A DNA stretch of 17,705 bases from a virus. The stretch is from the UHGV virus genome UHGV-0090138. One strand, given 5' to 3'. The notes under the pieces are model-generated. The model was not told the DNA's origin and did no database searches. It saw only the letters and a program-made list of their open reading frames with translations. A program made the position numbers and the translations under genes. Positions 8,576-15,386 of this stretch are shown piece by piece (the first letter of the stretch is position 1; every line of letters begins with the position of its first letter).

Positions 8576-8591
8576 ATGCGTGGAAACGCAT
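8576..8591 (-). terminator. Candidate tR1-like hairpin between nutR and cII
   Basis: Palindrome atgcgt-ggaa-acgcat in the cro-cII spacer; no strong U-run, so weak call. Confidence 0.3.
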
Positions 8592-8620
8592 ATGGCCTTA
8601 GTTGGTCAGATATCTTGGGA

Positions 8621-8667
8621 CTCGCTTTTCAGCGACGTAGGACGAATGTCCGTTATTACAAAGAGCG
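8621..8667 (-). promoter_or_regulatory. nutR: boxA (CGCTCTTTG) plus boxB hairpin (TCGCTGAAAAGCGA)
   Basis: On the minus strand downstream of cro: boxA-like CGCTCTTTG, then ~25 nt later a short stem with GAAAA-containing loop; near-identical arrangement at nutL. Confidence 0.7.
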
Positions 8668-8677
8668 GCTCCGCTTA

Positions 8678-8893
8678 TTAAGCAGCTTTGTGCTCCGGCG
8701 GGAACACATCATCAAGACTTACTTTTGCGCCTAACTTGTTTAGACACGCAACAAGAGCACGGCATGTTTTAAGGTCTGGGAAGCGACGACCAGATTCCCA
8801 ATGTCCGATAGCTCCCTGTGTGCATCCAACTGCCTTAGCAAGTGTTGTTTGAGAGATATTCAGTGACTCTCGATATTTTCGTAGGTTGCTCAT
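8678..8893 (-). CDS. cro: Cro-like repressor (HTH, XRE-type), 71 aa
   Basis: HTH motif [23 protein letters not shown]; first gene of the minus-strand operon, divergent from cI; GGAGGG RBS. Confidence 0.85.
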   Translation of the reverse strand: MSNLRKYRESLNISQTTLAKAVGCTQGAIGHWESGRRFPDLKTCRALVACLNKLGAKVSLDDVFPPEHKAA

Positions 8894-9004
8894 ATGCCCT
8901 CCATAGTAACCACAAATAAAAAATACAATATGTACTCATTAAACACAAGCAAAAAATACACATTGTGCATGGATGGTTCCAGTACAGAGCGTAATAATAA
9001 GGAC
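8894..9004. promoter_or_regulatory. OR operator / PR-PRM divergent promoter region
   Basis: 111-bp cro-cI spacer with three related ~15-bp operator-like sites (8923..8937, 8955..8969, 8981..8995) resembling AGTACATAT(C/T)GTA(C/T)T; the same motif recurs at OL. Confidence 0.6.
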
Positions 9005-9664
9005 ATGAAAATGAAATGGTATGAACTGGCTAGATCCAGAATGAAAGAGCTCGGCATAACTCAAGAGAAGTTAGCCGAAGAGCTAGGTATGACGCAGGGT
9101 GGAATTGGACACTGGTTGCGCGGATCTCGTCATCCATCTCTTAGTGATATTGGTGTGGTGTTTAAATACCTTGGTATTGATAACATATCATTCAACCACG
9201 ACGGGACATTTTCACCTGTTGGCGAATACTCATCGGCCCCAGTTAAAAAACAATATGAGTACCCTGTTTTTTCTCATGTTCAGGCTGGGATGTTCTCTCC
9301 AGAACTCAGAACCTTTACCAAAGGCGATGCGGAGAGATTGGTAAGCACAACCAAAAAAGCCAGTGACTCTGCATTCTGGCTTGAGGTTGAAGGTAACTCA
9401 ATGACCGCACCAACAGGTTCCAAACCTAGTTTTCCTGACGGGATGTTAATTCTGGTTGACCCAGAGCAAGCTGTTGAGCCCGGCGATTTCTGCATAGCCA
9501 GACTTGGTGGTGATGAGTTTACCTTCAAGAAACTGATCAGGGATAGCGGTCAGGTGTTTCTACAGCCACTAAACCCACAATACCCAATGATCCCATGCAA
9601 TGAGAGTTGTTCCGTTGTGGGGAAAGTTATCGCTAGTCAGTGGCCTGAAGAGACGTTTGGGTAG
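9005..9664 (+). CDS. cI: CI repressor (N-terminal HTH + C-terminal LexA-like S24 autopeptidase domain), ~219 aa
   Basis: [26 protein letters not shown]; C-terminal [10 protein letters not shown]... and ...FTFKKL (Ser/Lys dyad); the ORF-track start 8894 is rejected because it would leave no operator region; start at ATG 9005 or 9011. Confidence 0.88.
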   Translation: MKMKWYELARSRMKELGITQEKLAEELGMTQGGIGHWLRGSRHPSLSDIGVVFKYLGIDNISFNHDGTFSPVGEYSSAPVKKQYEYPVFSHVQAGMFSPELRTFTKGDAERLVSTTKKASDSAFWLEVEGNSMTAPTGSKPSFPDGMLILVDPEQAVEPGDFCIARLGGDEFTFKKLIRDSGQVFLQPLNPQYPMIPCNESCSVVGKVIASQWPEETFG

Positions 9665-9852
9665 AGGCGAAGCAGCAATTGGTTTGATTTGGTATTGCTA
9701 TTTTTTCTCTAAAGTTGTTGAGCATTTTTCCGTTAGATAAAAATAGACGCAAATTTACATGATTTTTTTGTGCTGTATTGCTTGCTGAAAGCTAGGTTTT
9801 GCGTAAACTTCAATTACTCAAATTAGAGTAAACAACATATAGGACACCCCAC

Positions 9853-10074
9853 ATGAAAAAATCTGCAAAGCACTTTTTCAGCGCTATGGGCTCTATCCTT
9901 GACCTTTGCCCAGCAGGTAGCTACAGCGAGTATCATTCAAATGCTACAGACATCGACCTTATCAACTCAGATTGGGTTAAGGTAGGTAGTTACGTTAGAG
10001 ACGCTGTAACTGATAATGAGCAGAAAAAAATCCCAAAGAAAGCTTCAAACCGCCGCCCCGAGAAATCTTGTTAA
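9853..10074 (+). CDS. Hypothetical small hydrophilic protein, 73 aa (first gene of accessory locus in the rexAB position)
   Basis: ORF-track frame with AGGA RBS 8 nt upstream of the ATG; no recognisable motif; 3' end overlaps the next ORF by 59 nt across an A7 tract. Confidence 0.5.
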   Translation: MKKSAKHFFSAMGSILDLCPAGSYSEYHSNATDIDLINSDWVKVGSYVRDAVTDNEQKKIPKKASNRRPEKSC

Positions 10075-10549
10075 CCAACCAACTCCGTTAGGGCGAGTTC
10101 AAGACGGTAAAACCGAACTGCTTATAAATGAGGTCGCAAAGAACCCTCAAGTTCTTGAGCGCCTCATGGACAGGCCAGATCTAGCTGGCATCATGATGCA
10201 GGTGACTCACACTAGATCAGGGCCACTCCCAGACGCTGACGAATTAGCTAAGTACGAAAGAATATCTCCAGGATTCGCTCGCGAAATAATGGACATGGCT
10301 AAGGCTGAGCAAAAACACAGACACGAGTATTACAAAGCAGGACAGAGGGGAGCAATTTGGCGAGATCGACTCGGACAGATCTTTGCGATGACTTCTGTCT
10401 TTGTTTTCGCAGGAATTGCTTACAAGATGATTCAGCACGAGGCTTATGGCTGGGCTACCGGGCTTCTTGGTGCTGAGTTAGTTGCTTTAACTAGCGTGTT
10501 TATAATTGGAAGAAGAGACAAACCGAATCCAAAGCAAACTAAAAAATGA
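10016..10549 (+). CDS. Small membrane protein, 177 aa (possibly DUF2335-like): basic N-terminus, conserved central motif, two C-terminal transmembrane helices
   Basis: Motif PLPDADELAKYERISPGFAREIMDMAKAEQKHRHEY followed by hydrophobic IFAMTSVFVFAGIAY and WATGLLGAELVALTSVFIIG and basic tail RRDKPNPKQTKK; no convincing RBS before ATG 10016; DUF2335 assignment is from memory. Confidence 0.6.
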   Translation: MSRKKSQRKLQTAAPRNLVNQPTPLGRVQDGKTELLINEVAKNPQVLERLMDRPDLAGIMMQVTHTRSGPLPDADELAKYERISPGFAREIMDMAKAEQKHRHEYYKAGQRGAIWRDRLGQIFAMTSVFVFAGIAYKMIQHEAYGWATGLLGAELVALTSVFIIGRRDKPNPKQTKK

Positions 10550-10554
10550 GACAA

Positions 10555-10580
10555 CCCGGCTTCCGCGCCGGGTTTTCTTT
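10555..10580 (+). terminator. Rho-independent terminator ending the cI-accessory transcript
   Basis: cccggc-ttccgc-gccggg stem-loop followed by ttttcttt, 6 nt after the ORF stop. Confidence 0.75.
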
Positions 10581-10714
10581 GCCTAACGCCCCCAAAAAAA
10601 CACATAACCAATTGTATTTATTTTAAAATTAATAGATACAACTCACTAAACAACGCAATTCTGATCTCTCCCTACATCGCCGAGGCAATACACCCACGCT
10701 AAAAAACAACACTA

Positions 10715-10795
10715 TTAAATACAAAGCGTTGTAAAAAACCACCCCTCAATAGAACAAATCGTATTGACCAGATAAAGTACATATCGTACTATTTA
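10715..10795 (+). promoter_or_regulatory. PL promoter with OL operators
   Basis: -35 TTGACC (10765..10770), 17-bp spacer, -10 TACTAT (10788..10793); operator-like inverted repeats AGTACATATCGTACT (10777..10791, over the spacer/-10) and TACAAAGCGTTGTA (10720..10733). Confidence 0.65.
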
Positions 10796-10838
10796 ATCAT
10801 CAGCAGGACGCTGGAAGCCAAATGGAACAGACTGGCAG

Positions 10839-10884
10839 GCTCTTTAAACAACGTCGAACACTCGACTACGTGGCTGAAAAGCCA
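10839..10884 (+). promoter_or_regulatory. nutL: boxA (GCTCTTTA) plus boxB hairpin (GGCTGAAAAGCC)
   Basis: Between PL and N; same boxA/boxB sequences and spacing as nutR. Confidence 0.7.
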
Positions 10885-10982
10885 GACCACCCAACCACAT
10901 AAGCTGTGGGATGCAATGCCGAAGCAACCGGCTCAGGAGGAGCTTCGAGATTGCATCGCCAAAGTTTATTCGGGAGGAATCT

Positions 10983-11255
10983 ATGTCCAGAAAAACAGAA
11001 TTTAAAGGCACCGCAGCTTCTCGCCGTAGAGCTCGTCGTGCAAACCTGCAAAGTCAGGAGGCGATCAGCTCTGACAAACTACACAGGCCAACCCCTTCAC
11101 GAGTGGTCTTACAATGCAAACGCAAACCAGTAATGAGAGCAGAAGTAATAACACTGACAACGTTGACCAGAAAATATGAAGGCTCAACTTGTCTTCCAAA
11201 TGTAGCCATTTACGCGGCAGGCTACAGGAAATCCAAACAGCTGACAGCAAGATGA
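10983..11255 (+). CDS. N: N antiterminator (short arginine-rich-motif type, H-19B/933W-like), 90 aa
   Basis: N-terminal ARM MSRKTEFKGTAASRRRARRANLQS and C-terminus ...CLPNVAIYAAGYRKSKQLTAR; GGGAGG RBS 5 nt upstream; start refined from the ORF-track start 10911. Confidence 0.8.
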   Translation: MSRKTEFKGTAASRRRARRANLQSQEAISSDKLHRPTPSRVVLQCKRKPVMRAEVITLTTLTRKYEGSTCLPNVAIYAAGYRKSKQLTAR

Positions 11256-11313
11256 CTTGTGTTGGTCGCCAGAAAATGAAATTAGGCAGCAAACCACTTA
11301 TTTGAGGTGAGAT

Positions 11314-11400
11314 ATGGAAGAAGAATTTGAAGAGTTCGAAGAGCATCCTCAGGATGTGATGGAACAATACCAGGACTATCCGTATGACTGCGACTATTGA
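11314..11400 (+). CDS. Small acidic ORF (lambda orf28-like), 28 aa
   Basis: GAGGTG RBS then ATG; translation MEEEFEEFEEHPQDVMEQYQDYPYDCDY; same length and position as the small ORF between N and ral in lambda (from memory). Confidence 0.4.
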   Translation: MEEEFEEFEEHPQDVMEQYQDYPYDCDY

Positions 11401-11481
11401 TAAGAATCAATGGTGTGGGCAATACGAACGACGGCAATGATTGTCAGAGAACTTGGTAAACAGAACAACAAAGCTGCCTGA
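11384..11481 (+). pseudogene. ral: ral (restriction alleviation) remnant with internal deletion/frameshift
   Basis: Reads MTATIDKNQWCGQ then stops after 18 codons; the Ral C-terminus AMIVRELGKQNNKAA is present downstream in another frame; ~30 central codons appear missing relative to lambda Ral as I remember it (66 aa). Confidence 0.45.
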
Positions 11482-11617
11482 TAGTGGCCTTTATTTTTGG
11501 CATAAATAACAGAATAAACACTGCACTGTGTATTCATTCCAACGAGTGAATACACGGAGCAATGTCGCTCGTAACTAAACAGGAGCCGACTTGTTCTGAT
11601 TATTGGAAATCTTCTTT

Positions 11618-11644
11618 GCCCTCCAGTGTGAGGGCGATTTTTTA
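11618..11644 (+). terminator. Rho-independent terminator upstream of ea10
   Basis: gccctc-cagtgt-gagggc stem-loop followed by gatttttta. Confidence 0.6.
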
Positions 11645-11663
11645 TCTGTGAGGATATGAATAG

Positions 11664-12032
11664 ATGTCAAACATCAAAAAATACATCATTAATTACGACT
11701 GGAAAGCATCAATAGAAATTGAAATCGACCATGACGTAATGACAGAGGAAAAACTTCACCAGATTAATAATTTCTGGTCAGACTCTGAATACCGACTCAA
11801 TAAACACGGCTCTGTATTAAATGCTGTATTAATCATGCTGGCGCAACATGCTCTGCTTATAGCAATTTCAAGCGACTTAAATGCATATGGTGTTGTGTGT
11901 GAGTTCGACTGGAATGATGGAAATGGTCAGGAAGGATGGCCTCCAATGGATGGTAGCGAAGGAATAAGAATTACCGATATCGATACATCAGGAATATTTG
12001 ATCCAGATGATATGACTATCAAAGCCGCCTGA
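11664..12032 (+). CDS. ea10: Ea10-like early protein, 122 aa
   Basis: ORF-track frame with GAGGA RBS; same size and position (between ral and cIII) as lambda ea10; sequence identity from memory is uncertain. Confidence 0.6.
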   Translation: MSNIKKYIINYDWKASIEIEIDHDVMTEEKLHQINNFWSDSEYRLNKHGSVLNAVLIMLAQHALLIAISSDLNAYGVVCEFDWNDGNGQEGWPPMDGSEGIRITDIDTSGIFDPDDMTIKAA

Positions 12033-12104
12033 GCGCGGCGTTACCGCATACCAATTACGCTTCACTCGAGGCGTTTTTCGTTATGTATAAATAAGGAGCA
12101 CACC

Positions 12105-12269
12105 ATGCAATATGCCATTGCAGGGTGGCCTGTTGCTGGCTGCCCTTCCGAATCTTTACTTGAACGAATCACCCGTAAATTACGTGACGGATGGAAACGC
12201 CTTATCGACATACTTAATCAGCCAGGAGTCCCGAAAAATGGATCAAACAATTATGGCTATCCAGACTAA
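12105..12269 (+). CDS. cIII: CIII (FtsH inhibitor stabilising CII), 54 aa
   Basis: My translation [54 protein letters not shown] matches lambda CIII; AAGGAG RBS 6 nt upstream; below the ORF-track size cutoff. Confidence 0.9.
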   Translation: MQYAIAGWPVAGCPSESLLERITRKLRDGWKRLIDILNQPGVPKNGSNNYGYPD

Positions 12270-12381
12270 ATTCACTATCGCCACTTTTATTGGCGATGAA
12301 AAGATGTTTCGTGAGGCCGTCGACGCTTATAAAAAATGGATATTAATACAGAAACTGAGATCAAGCAAAAGCATTCACTAA
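12238..12381 (+). CDS. kil: Kil (FtsZ-targeting host-killing protein), 47 aa
   Basis: [47 protein letters not shown] matches lambda Kil; overlaps the cIII 3' end in another frame; the ORF-track N-terminal extension from 12112 is rejected. Confidence 0.85.
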   Translation: MDQTIMAIQTKFTIATFIGDEKMFREAVDAYKKWILIQKLRSSKSIH

Positions 12382-12456
12382 CCCCCTTTCCTGTTTTCCT
12401 AATCAGCCTGGCATTTCGCGGGCGATATTTTCACAGCCATTTTCAGGAGTTCAGCC

Positions 12457-12753
12457 ATGAACGCTTATTACATTCAGGATCGTCTTGAGGCTCAGAGCTG
12501 GGCGCGTCACTACCAGCAGATCGCCCGTGAAGAGAAAGAGGCAGAACTGGCAGACGACATGGAAAAAGGCCTGCCCCAGCACCTGTTTGAATCGCTATGC
12601 ATCGATCATTTGCAACGCCACGGGGCCAGCAAAAAAGCCATTACCCGTGCGTTTGATGACGATGTTGAGTTTCAGGAGCGCATAGCAGAACACATCCGGT
12701 ACATGGTTGAAACCATTGCTCACCACCAGGTTGATATTGATTCAGAGGTATAA
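12457..12753 (+). CDS. gam: Gam (RecBCD inhibitor), short GamS form, 98 aa
   Basis: [60 protein letters not shown]... matches lambda Gam. Confidence 0.95.
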   Translation: MNAYYIQDRLEAQSWARHYQQIAREEKEAELADDMEKGLPQHLFESLCIDHLQRHGASKKAITRAFDDDVEFQERIAEHIRYMVETIAHHQVDIDSEV

Positions 12754-12758
12754 AACGG

Positions 12759-13544
12759 ATGAGTACAGCACTCGCAACGCTGGCTGGGAAGCTGGCTGAA
12801 CGTGTCGGCATGGATTCTGTCGACCCACAGGAACTGATCACCACTCTTCGCCAGACGGCATTTAAAGGTGATGCCAGCGATGCGCAGTTCATCGCATTAC
12901 TGATCGTTGCCAACCAGTACGGCCTTAATCCGTGGACGAAAGAAATTTACGCCTTTCCTGATAAGCAGAATGGCATCGTTCCGGTGGTGAGCGTTGATGG
13001 CTGGTCCCGCATCATCAATGAAAACCAGCAGTTTGATGGCATGGACTTTGAGCAGGACAATGAATCCTGTACATGCCGGATTTACCGCAAGGACCGTAAT
13101 CATCCGATCTGCGTTACCGAGTGGATGGATGAATGCCGCCGCGAACCATTCAAAACCCGCGAAGGCAGAGAAATCACCGGACCGTGGCAGTCGCATCCCA
13201 AACGGATGTTACGGCATAAAGCCATGATTCAGTGTGCCCGTCTGGCCTTCGGATTTGCTGGTATCTATGACAAGGATGAAGCCGAGCGCATTGTCGAAAA
13301 TACTGCATACACTGCAGAACGTCAGCCGGAACGCGACATCACTCCGGTTAACGATGAAACCATGCAGGAGATTAACACTCTGCTGATCGCCCTGGATAAA
13401 ACATGGGATGACGACTTATTGCTGCTCTGTTCCCAGATATTTCGCCGCGACATTCGCGCATCGTCAGAACTGACACAGGCCGAAGCAGTGAAAGCTCTTG
13501 GATTCCTGAAACAGAAAGCCACTGAGCAGAAGGTGGCAGCATGA
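12759..13544 (+). CDS. bet: Bet (Red-beta single-strand annealing protein), 261 aa
   Basis: [66 protein letters not shown]... matches lambda Bet. Confidence 0.97.
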   Translation: MSTALATLAGKLAERVGMDSVDPQELITTLRQTAFKGDASDAQFIALLIVANQYGLNPWTKEIYAFPDKQNGIVPVVSVDGWSRIINENQQFDGMDFEQDNESCTCRIYRKDRNHPICVTEWMDECRREPFKTREGREITGPWQSHPKRMLRHKAMIQCARLAFGFAGIYDKDEAERIVENTAYTAERQPERDITPVNDETMQEINTLLIALDKTWDDDLLLLCSQIFRRDIRASSELTQAEAVKALGFLKQKATEQKVAA

Positions 13545-14221
13545 CACCGGACATTATCCTGCAGCGTACCGGGATCGACGTGAGAGCTGTCGAACAGGGG
13601 GATGATGCATGGCACAAATTACGGCTCGGCGTCATCACCACTTCAGAAGTTCACAACGTGATAGCAAAGCCCCGATCAGGAAAGAAGTGGCCTGACATGA
13701 AAATGTCCTACTTCCACACCCTGCTAGCTGAGGTTTGCACCGGTGTGGCTCCGGAAGTTAACGCTAAAGCGCTGGCCTGGGGAAAACAGTACGAGAACGA
13801 CGCCAGAACCCTGTTTGAGTTCACTTCCGGCGTAAATGTTATTGAATCCCCGATCATCTATCGCGACGAAAGTATGCGCACCGCCTGCTCTCCCGATGGT
13901 TTATGCAGTGACGGCAATGGCCTTGAGCTGAAATGCCCGTTTACCTCCCGGGATTTCATGAAATTCCGGCTCGGTGGTTTCGAGGCCATAAAGTCGGCTT
14001 ACATGGCCCAGGTGCAGTACAGCATGTGGGTGACGCGAAAAGATGCCTGGTACTTTGCCAACTATGACCCGCGTATGAAGCGTGAAGGCCTGCATTATGT
14101 CGTGATTGAGCGGAATGAAAAGTATATAGCGAGTTTTGACGAGATGGTGCCGGAGTTCATCGAAAAAATGGACGAGGCACTGGCTGAAATTGGTTTTGTA
14201 TTTGGGGAGCAATGGCGATGA
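13541..14221 (+). CDS. exo: Exo (lambda exonuclease, Red-alpha), 226 aa
   Basis: [65 protein letters not shown]... matches lambda Exo; ATGA overlap with the bet stop. Confidence 0.97.
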   Translation: MTPDIILQRTGIDVRAVEQGDDAWHKLRLGVITTSEVHNVIAKPRSGKKWPDMKMSYFHTLLAEVCTGVAPEVNAKALAWGKQYENDARTLFEFTSGVNVIESPIIYRDESMRTACSPDGLCSDGNGLELKCPFTSRDFMKFRLGGFEAIKSAYMAQVQYSMWVTRKDAWYFANYDPRMKREGLHYVVIERNEKYIASFDEMVPEFIEKMDEALAEIGFVFGEQWR

Positions 14222-14400
14222 AACATCCTCACGATAATATCCGCGTAGGCACGATCACTTTCGTCTACTCCGTTACAAAGCGAGGCTGGGTATTTACCGG
14301 CCTTTCTGTTATCCGAAATCCCCTGAAAGCACAGCGGCTGGCTGAGGAGATAAATAATAAACGGGGAGCTGTATGCACAAAGCATCTCCCGTTGAGTTAA
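14218..14400 (+). CDS. Lambda orf60a-like protein, 60 aa
   Basis: [60 protein letters not shown]; ATG overlaps the exo stop (ATGA). Confidence 0.8.
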   Translation: MKHPHDNIRVGTITFVYSVTKRGWVFTGLSVIRNPLKAQRLAEEINNKRGAVCTKHLPLS

Positions 14401-14564
14401 GAACGAGTATCGAGATGGCACATAGCCTCGCTCAAATTGGAGTCAGGTTTGTGCCAATACCAGTAGAAACAGACGAAGAATTTCATACGTTAGCCGCATC
14501 CCTTTCACAAAAGCTGGAAATGATGGTGGCGAAAGCAGAAGCAGATGAGAGAGACCAGGTATGA
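14373..14564 (+). CDS. Lambda orf63-like protein, 63 aa
   Basis: [63 protein letters not shown]. Confidence 0.8.
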   Translation: MHKASPVELRTSIEMAHSLAQIGVRFVPIPVETDEEFHTLAASLSQKLEMMVAKAEADERDQV

Positions 14565-14644
14565 CAACCACGGAATGCATTTTTCTGGCAGCGGGCTTCA
14601 TATTCTGTGTGCTTATGCTTGCCGACATGGGACTTGTTCAATGA
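14561..14644 (+). CDS. Tiny hydrophobic ORF, 27 aa, translationally coupled on both sides
   Basis: My translation MTTTECIFLAAGFIFCVLMLADMGLVQ; ATG overlaps the orf63 stop and its TGA overlaps the next ATG (two ATGA junctions). Confidence 0.35.
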   Translation: MTTTECIFLAAGFIFCVLMLADMGLVQ

Positions 14645-14856
14645 CACCTCAGCAGGAAAACGCCCTTCGCAGCATTGCCCGTCAGGCTAATTCTGAAATC
14701 AAAAAAGCCAGACAGCAGTTTCCGGATAAAAACGTCGATGACATTTGCCGTAGCGTACTGAAGAAGCACCGCGAAACGGTAACGCTGATGGGATTCACAC
14801 CGACTCATTTAAGCCTGGCAATCGGCATGTTAAACGGCGTCTTTAAGGAACGATGA
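14641..14856 (+). CDS. Lambda orf61-like protein, 71 aa
   Basis: MTPQQENALRSIARQANSEIKKARQQFPDKNVDDICRSVLKKHRETVTLMGFTPTHLSLAIGMLNGVFKER; start refined from the ORF-track start 14545 to the internal ATG. Confidence 0.7.
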   Translation: MTPQQENALRSIARQANSEIKKARQQFPDKNVDDICRSVLKKHRETVTLMGFTPTHLSLAIGMLNGVFKER

Positions 14857-14879
14857 ACATGAAAAGCAAAATCATCAGG

Positions 14880-14900
14880 GAGCTACAGGCTCCTTTTTTA
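14880..14900 (+). terminator. Weak candidate intrinsic terminator after orf61
   Basis: Short GC stem ggagc-tacag-gctcc followed by tttttt. Confidence 0.35.
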
Positions 14901-14954
14901 TTATTCGCATTCACCCTCAAGCGTATTAACCAACAATTCAGGGATTAATGGAAG

Positions 14955-15176
14955 ATGGCAGACATCATTGATTCAGCATCAGAAATTGAAGAATTACAGC
15001 GCAACACAGCAATAAAAATGCGCCGCCTGAACCACCAGGCTATATCTGCCACTCATTGTTGTGAGTGTGGCGATCCGATAGATGAACGAAGACGCCTGGT
15101 CGTTCAGGGTTGTCGGACTTGTGCAAGTTGCCAGGAGGATCTGGAGCTTATCAGTAAACAGAGAGGTTCGAAGTGA
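14955..15176 (+). CDS. TraR/DksA-family C4 zinc-finger protein (lambda orf73-like), 73 aa
   Basis: Cys-x2-Cys ... Cys-x2-Cys (CCECGDPIDERRRLVVQGCRTCASC), size and motif typical of phage TraR-like proteins. Confidence 0.8.
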   Translation: MADIIDSASEIEELQRNTAIKMRRLNHQAISATHCCECGDPIDERRRLVVQGCRTCASCQEDLELISKQRGSK

Positions 15177-15386
15177 GCGAAATTAACTAGAAGCCAAAGA
15201 TAAAATCATCGCTGAGCAGGAGAAAATCGCTAACGGAGAAAAGACAGTAAGTCAGTATATGAAAACCGCATGATATCATCAGATAAAAATCGGTCGTAAA
15301 GCGAAATATTAATACCAGAACAAACGAGTCGAGGTAAATTATATTACCTCGATAAATTAACTAAAACTTGCCCGCTATATACTATA

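Noticed and set aside
8894-9004. N-terminal 37-codon extension of cI in the ORF track (start at 8894)
   Set aside because: It would abut the cro start with no room for operators or promoters; the extension is the operator region read in frame.
9099-9528. ORFs 9099..9344 (+) and 9280..9528 (-)
   Set aside because: Embedded in the cI coding sequence in other frames.
10244-10438. 64-aa minus-strand ORF
   Set aside because: Antisense to the membrane-protein ORF; no independent support.
10866-11367. ORFs 10866..11051 (-), 10906..11133 (+) and 11065..11367 (-)
   Set aside because: They overlap nutL and N in other frames or antisense. The hydrophobic 11065..11367 ORF was considered as a sieB-like gene but lies antisense over N and orf28 with no RBS.
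12112-12237. N-terminal extension of the kil ORF in the track (start at 12112)
   Set aside because: This is the +1 frame over cIII; kil begins at the internal MDQTIMAIQ methionine.
12485-14628. Alternative-frame and antisense ORFs within gam, bet, exo, orf60a and orf63 (12485..12685, 12641..12913, 12897..13196, 12994..13227, 13322..13615, 13372..13641, 13901..14212, 14095..14421, 14443..14628)
   Set aside because: All overlap confidently identified lambda-like genes; none has an RBS or recognisable product.
14545-14640. N-terminal 32-codon extension of orf61 in the ORF track
   Set aside because: It overlaps orf63 and the coupled micro-ORF; the recognisable protein starts at ATG 14641.
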